NCBI GenBank assembly: GCA_038087875.1
Contig: CM075996.1
Span: 746,001 to 810,000, forward strand
Length of the DNA stretch: 64,000 bases
Source: Malacoraja senta
Lineage: Eukaryota
Direction of reading: 5' to 3'
Every line of letters begins with the position of its first letter. Positions within the stretch are counted from its first letter, which is position 1. The notes under the pieces were generated by a model. It was not told the DNA's origin, did no database searches, and was given only the letters and a program-made list of their open reading frames with translations. The translations under genes were made by a program, and so were the position numbers. This document shows positions 38,799-49,962 of this stretch, one piece after another.

Positions 38799-39986
38799 GT
38801 TTGTGGCTGATGCCCGTGCCTGTGGGCTGGGCTTTTTAAAGAAAAAAAATCAAGAACAGTGTTTAGTCTGTCTGGCAGCAAACAGCTACAGGGTTGGAAC
38901 CTGGGCCTGGTTTAAGAAGGCCACAGCCATTTTATGAAAACTGGTTGGTGGGAGGGGAAATGGTGGCTTTAAACTTTAAAGATGCTATTGCTTTTCAAAA
39001 GTCAGAAAGGTTGAAGATTCTGCAAAATACCGCCATGCTGCAAATGAGCAGTTGCTGATAATTTTTCATTGCGAGTATGTATTGTGTAGCATAGCACTGA
39101 ATGCTAAGTTTTTTCCCCAAAGCATCTTTCTCTCGGGCGGTTGTACAAATCTTTGAAATAAATAGCAAGTTGGCACAAGGAGAATTCTTGCACCAGTCAT
39201 TTTGATCATAGAAAAAGGTTTTTTTTTCCTTTGGCAAATACGCTTTCTAACCAGTTTGGTTTGATCTGCAAACTGCCAAGTGGCATGGTTAAACTTATTT
39301 ACAACACTGCGGGGTAGTCTAGCTAATTATAATTTCAAGACTTCTAGTAAATCAGCATTGTAAAGCTATTATTATCTGGAATGTTTATAATTTAAAATTT
39401 AACTTGCATTACATCTGTTTTTATTGTTAAAAAGATACAGCAGTCTCTCTGCAGTTTTTAAGTTAGTTGCATTGGTTAGATCCAGAAACTGTTTCATTGT
39501 TACTCAGTCAATTAACAGTGAAAGAACTGGTTGTGATCTTAGTCAGTAAATTCCATATATTTAAATTAATTTAACTCCAGTGTGAACTTCCATAAGGTTC
39601 TGCATTTATGTACTCCATAGTTTTCTTGGGATCCTGCAATACTATGTTATACCTCGTCCGTTGTATGTTCTGCTCTCCTTCGAGAGCGTGAGGTGAATGG
39701 TGGTTTGTCTGTTTGTGGTCTGATAGGTGAAAGCTGTTCCTTTTAACAGGGAGGTCATGGGTTCAGGTTCTTGGATCTAAGAGGTACTTTAATCTTCCTG
39801 TACTTTTGTTGGTAGTTGGGAGGGATTGCAGTATTGGAGTAGGCGACTTGGGAAAGAGAATGATAAAGGATTGGCGGTTGGGAGCAGGGAAGCAGTGTGA
39901 CAGTAATAATGGGATGGAGTCGTGAAGAATGCCCCTGTTTGTATTAATGGGTGAATGACTGAAATGGAACTGATATAATTCATTAG

Positions 39987-40270
39987 GTAGACACAAAATG
40001 CTGGAGTAACTCAGCGGGACAGGCAGCATATCTGGAGAGAAGGAATGGGTGAAGTTTCGGGGCGAGACCCTTCTTCAGACTGATGTCAGGGGAGTGGGTG
40101 GGACAGAGATAGAATATAGTCGGAGAAAGTAAGACTGGTGGGAGAACTGGGAAGGGGGAGGGGATGGAGAGAGAGGGAAAGCAATGGCTATTTGAAGTTA
40201 GAGATGTCAATGTTCATACTGCTGGGGTGGAAGCTACCCAAGCAAAATATGAGGTGCTGTTCCTCCAATT
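39987..40270 (-). mobile_element. Penelope-like element 3' end: GIY-YIG C-terminus plus terminal repeat with hammerhead-like core
   Basis: Minus-strand LEEQHLIFCLGSFHPSSMNIDISNFK* (stop at 40188-40190), followed by CTGAAGA-agggtctcgcccc-GAAAC-TTC (40078 to 40051). Confidence 0.85.
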
Positions 40271-41043
40271 CATTATTATGTCTTTAAACTTTCTATGAAA
40301 TATATACTTTTGATGTGTATTCTTTGGAACAACTGAAAATAGATTTGCAGTGCGACTGTTATTCAGGAGATTGGAAATGAACTAGTTGGAATTAATACCA
40401 AACTGAAGTTAAATGCATTAACGTGGATTGAATAAGGAAAATGGGATTTGTTGAAGGTGAATAAGGTCCAAAAGAGTTTTTGATGAATAACAATGTTAAT
40501 GAGGTTGATGATATAAATAGATTTTTTAAAAGGGAAGCAATAAAGACAAGGGGGTGTGGTATACCGGATACTAAAATATGCAATAAAGGCAGTGAAGAGA
40601 AAGGATCTAGCCCCTCAATGGGAGCAAGCAAAGGGCGGAAAACATTGATGTTGTTTATAGACCCCCAAACAGTTGAGGCAATGCAGAATATAAACCAGGA
40701 AATATGGAGCACGGCACAAGGATAATGAAATAATTATGAGTGATTTTAATCTCTAGCTTGACAATTAGAAGTGTTAGTGTGGAGGATAAATTGAATATGG
40801 TCTTCTAGATAAGTATATTGAAGAATGTATGAGGAAGCAGGCTCATTTAGATCTAGCTTTATGCATTGAGAAAGGAACAATACTAGATCTAACGTTTTTA
40901 AGTAATAATCATAATATGTTAGAATCTTACATAAAAAGAGAAGATTATTTAGTTTAATCTGAAACTAGAGTCTTAAATCTGAATAAAGCAAGCAACAATT
41001 GGATAAGGAGTGTTGGTTCTGCCATATTGGGAAAGGAAAAGAT

Positions 41044-41140
41044 CAGTCTGAAGAAGGGTTTCGACCCGAAACGTTGCCTATTTCCTTCGCTCCATAAATG
41101 CTGCTGCACCCGCTGAGTTTCTCCAGCACTTTTGTCTACC
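41044..41140 (+). ncRNA. Minimal type I hammerhead-ribozyme-like motif in a Penelope terminal repeat
   Basis: CTGAAGA (41048-41054), stem II GGGT-TTCG-ACCC, GAAA (41068-41071), ACGT palindrome then GTT; insert flanked by duplicated ttgggaaagg. Confidence 0.6.
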
Positions 41141-41254
41141 TTGGGAAAGGTACATTATATTTATCATATAATGGATTTGATTTAAATAATTAATATCGTT
41201 CACGAATAATATATATTCCCTTTTAAATTAAAAGAATATCAACAAAAAAGATGT

Positions 41255-41467
41255 TTAAGAAGGAACTGCAGATGCTGGAAAATCGAAGCTACGCAAAAAT
41301 GCTGGAGAAACTCAGCGGGTGAGGCAGCATCTATGGAGCGAAGGAAATAGGCAACGTTTCGGGCCGAAACGTTGCCTGAAGAAGGGTTCTGGCCCGAAAC
41401 GTTGCCTATTTCCTTCGCTCCATAGATGCTGCCTCACCCGCTGAGTTTCTCCAGCATTTTTGACTAC
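41255..41467. mobile_element. Inverted pair of Penelope terminal repeats with a hammerhead-like core at 41376-41403
   Basis: ~75-bp arms in inverted orientation; 16-nt flanking duplication tcaa(c/t)aaaaaagatgt at 41239-41254 and 41470-41485. Confidence 0.8.
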
Positions 41468-42377
41468 TCTCAATAAAAAAGATGTCCAGTTGTCGTTATA
41501 ATATAGCTGAGTATAAAAGAGTCAAGAGAGTTTTATTGTCATGTGTCCCAGATAGGACAATGAAATTCTTGCTTGCTACAGCACAACAGAATATGTAAAC
41601 GTAATACAGAACAGGAGTTAAATCAAAGGAATAGGCATGTAATGTTGTTTAAAATGAAGTTAAATTGGAGGAGAGGTGACATTTCAGTAAAGGAAGATGA
41701 AAGCTTTTTTATGAAAATGAAAAGTAGAACATGAGCAAGAACAGGTTACAAAGCAACTATAAATGTGTAACAGAAAAGATTAGCTACTGTTAATGTGGGG
41801 GAATTTAAAGACTGAGGCAGAAGAAATTGTGTCAGGGGAAAGGAAACGAGAGAAATTAAACATATTTCTGCCTGCCTGGAAGAGGACTGAGGAAAACATG
41901 GAAATTGTGGAGAGAGGCGGGCTTAATACAAATGTGGAGATCAAAAATATAAGCATGAAAAAATAGTTTGGGAAGAGCTAATAGCCTGAAAGATGATAAA
42001 TTCCCAGGATCTGAAGTTTTCGATAAAGGCTACTGGAGATAATGGATGCACTGATTGTCATCCTCAAAGTTCCATAGATGAGAGAATGATTCCCACAGAC
42101 TGGAAAGTAGCAAGTGTAACTCCACTATTGAAGAAGGGTGGGGGGAAGGGAGGGAGGGAGAGAAGAGAGAAAACAGGGGGACAATAGACCACTTGGCATG
42201 AATCAGTAGTGGGGGAAATGCCGGTTTCATTTATCAAAGTAGTGGTAGCAGGACACTTAACAAATAATTGGATTAGGTAGGCTTAGCATAAATTTATGAA
42301 AGGGAAATTTTATTTGACAAATCTATTTTTTTTAAGGTTGAAATCAGCAGCGTATAAAATGTAGAGTCAATTAAATT

Positions 42378-42469
42378 AGACAAAAATGCTGGAGAAACTC
42401 AGCGGGTGAGGCAGCATCTATGGAGCGAAGGAAATAGGCAATGTTTCGGGCCGAGACCCTTCTTCAGAC
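42378..42469 (-). mobile_element. Penelope terminal repeat with hammerhead-like core
   Basis: Minus strand CTGAAGA-agggtctcggccc-GAAAC-ATT. Confidence 0.75.
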
Positions 42470-42911
42470 AAAAGTGATGTTATTGGAGTTTGGGAAGGTC
42501 TTCAATAATTTGCCATACAAAAAACGTTCTCCCTACTGCATGGGTTTTCTCATCTTCTGTTTCCTTCCACACTCCAAAGACGTACAGGTTAGGTTAATTG
42601 GCTTGGTATAAATGTAAAATTGTCCCTTGTGTGTGTTAGTGTGCAGAGATCCCTGGTCAGTGCGGACTCGGTGGGCCAAAGGGCCTGTTTCCGTTCTGTA
42701 TCTAAACGAAATATTTAAAAAAAGGTATTGCAGGTAATAGATTGTGGTGGGTTGGTTAAAGGACAGAAAACAATAAATTGTTTTTCGGTTGGGAGCTTGT
42801 GGCTAGGTGGTAGCTGTGATGAAGTTCCATTTGTTGTCAATCTATACCTGTGATTTGGTTGAGGGAATCAAATGTAATGTTGTGAAATTTGCTGACAATA
42901 AGCTGGATATA

Positions 42912-43416
42912 CAGTGCATTCAGAAAGTATTCAGACCCCTTCATTTTTTCACATTTTGTTACGTTACAGCCTTATTCTAAATGGATTAAATTCATTTTTT
43001 TAATCACCAATCTACACACAATACCCCATAATATAAAAACGAAAACAGGTGTTTAGAAATTTTTGCAAAGTAATTAAAAAGAAATAACTGAAATGTCACA
43101 TTTACATAAGTATTCAGACCCTTTACTCAGTACTTTGTTGAGGCACCTTTGGCAGCGATTACAGCCTCAAGTCTTCTTGGGTATAACGCTACAAGCTTGG
43201 CACACCTGTATTTGGGTAATTTCTCCCATTCTTCTCTGCAGATCCTCTCAAGCTCTGTCAGGTTGGATGGGGAGCGTCGATGCACAGCTATTTTCAGGTC
43301 CTTCCAGACAAGTCCGGGCTCTGGTTGGGCCACTTAAGGACATTCGCAGACTTGTCACAAAGCCACTCCTGCGTTGCTTGGCTGTGTGCTTAGGATCGTT
43401 GTCCTGTTGGAACGTG
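42912..43416 (-). mobile_element. Tc1-family transposon right end (IR/DR type)
   Basis: TA|cagtgcattcagaaagtattcagacccct terminus, inner repeat aagtattcagaccc at ~43108-43121; WKDLKIAVHRRSPSNLTELERICREEW..RRLEAVIAAKGASTKY. Confidence 0.92.
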
Positions 43417-44762
43417 AACTATATAACTATAATAATAATAGTCCATTGTAGTTCATAGCTTATGAGGTTGTAGTGTTTAATAACCTGATGGATGTAGGGA
43501 AGAAGCTGTTCCTGAACCTGGACATTACAGTTCTCAGGCTCCTGTACCTTCTTCCCGATGGCAGTGGTGAGATGAGTGTGTGGCCAGGATGGTGTGGGTC
43601 TTTGATGATGGCTGCCTTTTTGAGGCAGTGACTACGATGGATCCCTTTGATGGTGGGGAGGTCAGAGCCGGTGATGGCCTGGGCAGTGGTCACAACTTTT
43701 TGTAGTCTTTTCCTCTCCTGGATGTTCAAGTTGCCGAACCAGGCCATGATGCAACCAGTCAGTAAGCTCTCTACTGTGCACCTGTAGAATTTCAAGAGAA
43801 TCCTCTTTGACATACGGAATCTCCGTAATCTTCTCAGGAAGTAGAGGCGCTGATGTGCTTTCTTTATGATTTCATCAATGTGCCGGGTCCAGGAAAAGAT
43901 CTTCGGAAATATGCACGCCCAGGAATTTGACGTTTTTGACTCACTCCACCATCGTCCCATTGATGTGAACAGGATTGTGGGTCCTCAACCTTCCTCTTCC
44001 AAAGTCCACAATCAGTTCTTTAGTTTTGCTGATATTGAGAGCCAGGTTGTTGTGCTGGCACCATATGGTCAGTCGGTCGATCTCACTTCTATACTCTGAC
44101 TCATCACCATCTGTAATTCGTCCCACAACGCGGTGGTGTCGTCTGCGAGCTTGAAAATGGAGTTCGCACTATGTCCGGCTACACAGTCATGAGTATAGAG
44201 TGAGTAGAGTAGGGGGCTGAGCACGCAGCCTTGAGGTGCTCCCGTACTGATTATCACTGAGGATGAAGTGTTTCTGCCAATTCAAACAGATTGTGGTCTG
44301 TGGATGAGGAAGTCGAGGATCCAATTGCAGAGGGATGCGCAGAGACCCAGTTCCGTGAGTTTCGTAACCAGCTTGGAGGGGATGATGGTATTGAACGCCG
44401 AGCTGTAGTCTATAAACAACAGCCTGGCGTAAGTATTTTTATTGTCCAAGTGGTCCAGTGCGGAGTGGAGAGACAGTGAGATCGCATCCTCCGTCGACCT
44501 ATTGTGACGGTAGGCGAACGATGGTGGGTCGAGGTTCTTATTGAGGTGGTAGTTGACAAGCCCCATAACCAACCTCTCAAAGCACTTCATCACCACGGGC
44601 GTTAGTGCCACTGGTCGATAGTTATTGAGGCACGTCACCTTACTCTTCTTGGGCACCAGTATTATTGATGCCCTCTTAAAGCAGGAGAGAGATTGACTCA
44701 GCAGTGAGAGATTGAAAATGTCTGCAAAAACCCCTGCCAGTTGGTCTGTACAGGTTTTGAGT
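43417..44762 (-). mobile_element. Rex1/Babar LINE RT and 3' end
   Basis: [73 protein letters not shown]; frameshifts. Confidence 0.92.
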
Positions 44763-44779
44763 ACTAATTTTATCTTGAT

Positions 44780-45565
44780 ACTAGACCAAGTGGGACCCGT
44801 TGGGCCCCGTTCCCCAACGCAATATTCCACCAAACTGTGCAGTGCGGCTGACGGGTTCCCGTTGTGACGCCAGAAATCCCCGTTGTGACGCGAGTCAGGC
44901 AACCGTCACCTAACTGCACAATCGCGGCCGGCAAGTGGGAGCACGACTGCGACGTTTTTAATGTTTATAATGGCAATAACTTGTAAAATTTAAGATCAAT
45001 GTGAACACATCTCACTCTCCCTCTTCAGTCCCCCTATTCCCCTCCTCCCTTATCCTACTTCACCCCACCCTCCACCATCCCTCCTCTGCTTCCTCCGCTC
45101 ACCCCTCCCTCCCCTCCTCTCCCCCTCCTCCTCCATTACTTCGCATACTCCCTCCCCTCATCTTCACCCTCCCTCTTCTTTCCCCTCTCCTCCTCCCCTC
45201 CCCCACTCCCTCCTTCACCTCCCCCTCCCTCTCCTTTCCCCTACCCTCAGTCACTCCCTCCCTTCCTCCCTCCCTCCCTAACCCCTTTTCCCTCCCTATC
45301 CCCTCCTCCCCCACTCTGCACCTCCCACCCGATCCCACCCACCCCCGCTCTCCCTCCTCACCTCCCCCACTGCCTTCCACTCTCTCTATCCCCCACTCCC
45401 TCTATCCCCCCACTCTCCCTCCTCACATCCCCCACTTTTCCCTCCCTACCCCCTCCTCTCCCCCGGGAGGGGGGGGGGGGGGTTACGATCATGTTTTTTC
45501 TTTTAAATAACCTCTAACTGTTAATGAAAACGGAAGAATTTCATTAAAATTGAGATTTTTTTTCC
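44780..45565. mobile_element. Unclassified element (possibly Helentron-associated) enclosing a ~460-bp C/T-rich tract
   Basis: Starts actagaccaagtgggacccgttggg, CpG-rich, internal repeat cccgttgtgacgc; low-complexity 45010-45483. Confidence 0.35.
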
Positions 45566-46323
45566 TGTGCTTTGCATTTGTGCATTTGGAGCCTGGATTG
45601 GTGGTCGGGATTGTCTTAAGCAAAAGAGTACTTTCATATGAAAATACAGATCAGTTTGATCATAACATAAATTAATAACAGACTGCCCTTTTTTCTGTGC
45701 AGTTATGGTGGCTACTTGATAACATTGTGAATGTCTGATTAGAATGTGCACAAACAGAAATAATGTCTTAGCTTCTTAATTATAAAAGGGAATGTATTGA
45801 CAATAAAGTATATAGTCTTGACCCGATTCCACGTGAGTGTGGACATGCAGGTAAAATCAATAAAATTTGCACAGGTTAGGGTGGGAGTTGGGAAGTAGGA
45901 TCAATATCTGAAGAAAAAGCAAGCAGTACTGTGTATGTGCAGGTTAAAATGTGTTAACATGATGGATAAGATTCAGGACCAGTAACACAAAGGCTGGGTC
46001 ATTGATTTGGAGGCATGTTTAAATCTCACCATGGCAGATGGGGTATTTGCGCATGTGGGGGGGGGGGGGGGGGGGATGGGGGGTGAACTAGTATCAGTAA
46101 TGGTGATCATAAACTACCAGATTGTTAAAAGCTCATCAGATTTGCAAATGTGCTTTAGGTGAAGAGATGTGCTGCTCTTGCCTGTCTGACCTGCTTGTGA
46201 CTTCATATCCACATGTGGTTGATGTCTTAACTTCCCTCAGAAATAGTCAAACAAGCCATTTAGTTCAAAGACCATTAGGGTTGCATAAATAAATAGCAAC
46301 ACTCACTTCCCCGAACGAATCCA

Positions 46324-47491
46324 ATTGAAGAAATATAAACACTTTCCTCGGTGCAAGAATAGGGATTATGAACATAAAATATTGTTTTTCCAATCAATAA
46401 ATATCAGTGATATGATAAAAGATTATATGCACAATCATGACAAAATGTATTCTTCTAATATTTCACATAAAATGATTAGAAAAGTTTATGATTCTAATAT
46501 ATTAGCAATGTTACAAAATTTGAGATTTAAAAATCAAGTCTGCAATTTATCCCATCAGATAAAGCATAAAAATAAGTTTAATTTGACACCTAATTCACTT
46601 TCATATCTTCAGTATTAAAAAAGTTATGGCCATTTTCATACTCAGAAATTAGCATCTTGTTCATTGACAACTCAAAAGCCCATAACTTTCTTAAAAATTA
46701 AGAGAATGAATGAACTTTTCAGTTATTATAGATTGAAGCATTCTGAAACAAATATGAAACAATCTTACTTGGATGACCTGAAATTAAAGCATATAATTAG
46801 TTAGTTACCCAATTGTAGCTAATTACAAAACTCAATTACTAGATCTAAACATCTATCCATTTCTTAGAAAAAGTTAACATTTTTAAATAGCCTAAGTGTT
46901 CAAATAACATTCACACAATAATTCACAATATAACATGATTTTTATATCTCATTATCATTAATTTATAGGCCAAATGGAAGGAATTTAGTGTTTAATTCCT
47001 GTAAATTAATGGACATTTTAATCATCTTGCGAGTGGGTTTTTGAGGAAGGCGATCGTTTGGAATGTTGCATTTGCGGTGAATTAAACCCCATATCGGCAG
47101 GAAAAATACTGCCTGTTCGTATATTTACATAATCACATTTTCGCAATGTAAAATTTTGATTAAAGCATCCTTAGAAGCAAGTTATATATAAAATAAACGG
47201 CTTTCCTTTACCTGTCCCGTGCGTGAAATCCGTCCCCGTTGTCGGTGTTGACGGCTTTAGAAGATTATTTTTAATTATACTCCTGTTCGTAAAATATCCA
47301 GTGCAGTTTAATAGAAACTTAATAAAACGGCAGTCGAAGCGATTATTCTTTAACAGCTAATTTACCTGACAGACATCGATTTGAATAGGCTGGAGAAACA
47401 AGGCATTTTAAACCCGCCCCCCTCTCAAAGTCGCGCACACGGGCAGTGACAGAACTGCAGCGCCGCTGAAGGTAAGTTTTGTAACATACCT
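46324..47491. mobile_element. Putative non-autonomous DNA transposon fragment (possibly Kolobok-like)
   Basis: AT-rich block turning CpG-rich and ending abruptly at gtaacatacct; no partner TIR found. Confidence 0.3.
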
Positions 47492-49136
47492 AAATATATC
47501 CCCAAATGGAAATGCTTACTTTTCCCCCAATTTAGTCATGTGGATTATAGCTTGCACGTATTAAAGCAGTATCAGTCGCAATCAGTTGCTTAGTTGGTTG
47601 TCATTTGCCCATCAGCTTTTCAAAAATCTTTAGTCGAGATTTTATTATTTATTTCCAATGTTGTATTCTTAACATCGGATCGAAGGCAGAATGCTAATGA
47701 GTTATTATGCCATAGTGGGTAGATGGACCACAACTGGGGCCAGGTGAGCAATCCTGCAGTGTCCAGGGATAAATACATAACCATTAGCGATCAACAGCTT
47801 GAAATATGCTCATCTCTCTTCCCACCACTTGTCATGAGAAACTGAGGCAGACTTTATCATCTACAGTAGGAAACTGAAAACATGCCAGTCTTTTGTCACT
47901 GAACCATGATTGTAGTCATTATAGCTTCTATGATTATTTATGCCTCTTAGAATCATGTGACAAAGAAGCAGGCTCTTCTACCTGTTGTTTTACTGGTAGC
48001 TTTTTGAAAGTGTTTGAGAATTAAAAGTCTGAGAATTAAAGATGAAATCTTTTTCTGGCATATTGATACCTTGCCATTACTGACTGCCTCAGTTTAAAAC
48101 CAAAACTGTGCATACTGAGAACCTTAAGTTAGGGTGTGCAAAAAGCAATTCAACATTTTGGGTCGGCAATCCTTCGTCAGAATTGGGAAAGAAAGAGATA
48201 CATTTTCTGCAGGAGTACAGTTGGGATGTGTAGAACAAAGGGAATGTCTGCGATAGGATGCATCAAAATTACATAAGGCTTCATTTCAAATCTGACCCAG
48301 AAGTACTCAGTCACCAAAAATCTGTGATTTGGAATCCAAAGATTTAACCTTACCGTCCATATGATTTTTCCTTGAGTGTTCACATGAATAGATACAATTA
48401 GTGTGAATGGACTACATTGTAACAACTTTTGATCTGGTTACCAGCCAACCAATCCATTGGAGCTTGTGAATTTCTATTTATAATTCCTTTCTCATATTTG
48501 CTTACGAGGTTTTAACAGTCGTGTAGTTTGATTGGTTTCATGCACACAGTCCTGTAATTTATTTGGAACTCCTTTGCTGTAATAATGACAACAGTTCCAC
48601 CGCATGTGCCCTTCCTTCATGTCAGCATGGACGCAGCATCTTCTTTGCATTTCCCCCCCCCTTGCTTCGTTTCTGGCAAAGTTTTCATTTGTCTTATTCT
48701 TAAGCAGGAGTGCATTTGGGTTGGCTGTTATTTAAGTCAATTAGATACACCACTCACTTGCCATGGTATGCAGGATTCTCTGGTTATAGACTTTGAACTG
48801 CATTTGAATATCCTGTACACACTGTTATCGGGGATATTTCTTGTTCTCTTGTGCTGTTTGAGTTATTGTTTTCAGTTCCCGTGAATTGAAATCAAGATAT
48901 TGGATTGGATTATTGGATTTCACTTTCATTTCTATATGGCCATAATGTGTTCAGTAAGACATTTCTTGAGCAGACTTTTGATAACAAAATTCTCAGCCCA
49001 GGGCTCATTTTCTATTTCCTGTTTTGCTTTTGAATTTGTAAGGGAAAAAGGCTGAGCATTTAAATTTGTTCTGACCTGGCTGCCTGTTGGCGGAATTGTT
49101 CAGAGTAACCAAAATTGAAGGAATTGGAGGCAGGGA

Positions 49137-49962
49137 ACAAAAGGACATTTATTGTCATGTACACCAATTGGTGTAGTGAAATTTGACTTGCCATGCAGCA
49201 CACAAATAAAGATAACATTAAAGAATTTAACAATAAACATAAAAACATCCCCCACAATGGTTCCCACTGTGGGGGAAGGCAGCAAAGTTCCAGTCCCATC
49301 CCCAGTTCATAGTCGGGGCCTATTGAGGCCTCTGCAGTCGCCGATACGGCAGCCCGACGCTTCAGGCCTCTCGCCGGATGATGAAACTCTGCGTCGGGTG
49401 AACACTCTCAGCGGCCTGGAGCGGCCGCTACCTCCCAAGAGACCGCGGCTCCCGAAGTCCACGAGCCTTTGGTCGATGCTCCGACTCTGGCGACCTTGTC
49501 GTGAGATCCCAGGCTCCGCGGTGTTTAAAGTTCAGCGCCGCCCGCGGCTGGAAGCTCCGCAGACCGCAGACCGCAGCTCCGCGATGGTGGAGCCGGCGGT
49601 CACAGCACTCCGGAGCTTACTGCACGGCAACCCGGGCAAGGCATCGCCCGCTCCGCGATGGTGCTTCAGCGCTGTGCCGCCGCCGAAGCTGAAGTCCTGG
49701 CCGGTCCCGGCAGGAAAACGCCGCTCCAGTCTGCCCGTAGGCCGCGAGGAAGGGGCGAAGATACAGCTCGGAGAAAAGCCGCAACTCTGACCAGGTAGGT
49801 ACTGAGAAAATAGTTTCCCCCTTCCCCCCCCCCCCCCCCCACCCCCCACATAAAAAGGACTAAAAGACCTCCAAAACAAACACTTTTAACTAACTAAAAA
49901 TAAAAAAAGGGGTGAAAAGACTAACAGCTGCTGGCAGGGCAGCCATACTCGACGGCACCCCA
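49137..49962 (-). mobile_element. Young GC/CpG-rich non-autonomous retroposon with a Rex-like 3' hairpin
   Basis: tttattgtcatgtacaccaattggtgtagtgaaatt terminus, hairpin ccccaca..tgtgggg, sharp GC contrast with the flanks. Confidence 0.55.

Larger units (their letters stand above)
40560..42905 (+). mobile_element. Long, old CR1 ORF2 remnant broken by several later insertions
   Basis: VVYRPP, IPTDWKVASVTPLLKKG, KFAD motifs in order; partial HE1 SINE at ~42524-42712. Confidence 0.65.

Noticed and set aside
45001..45510. 169-aa Pro/Ser/Leu-rich ORF and its Gly/Glu/Arg-rich antisense ORF
   Set aside because: By-product of a low-complexity C/T tract
47200..47480. Consensus donors gaag|gtaagt (+) and cag|gtaagg (-) in a CpG-rich patch
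   Set aside because: They lie within a probable DNA transposon; no supported exon
49152..49879. Overlapping 212-aa and 115-aa ORFs; CpG-island-like composition
   Set aside because: They lie inside a GC-rich repeat with few stops and have no recognisable domain; not treated as a gene or host promoter
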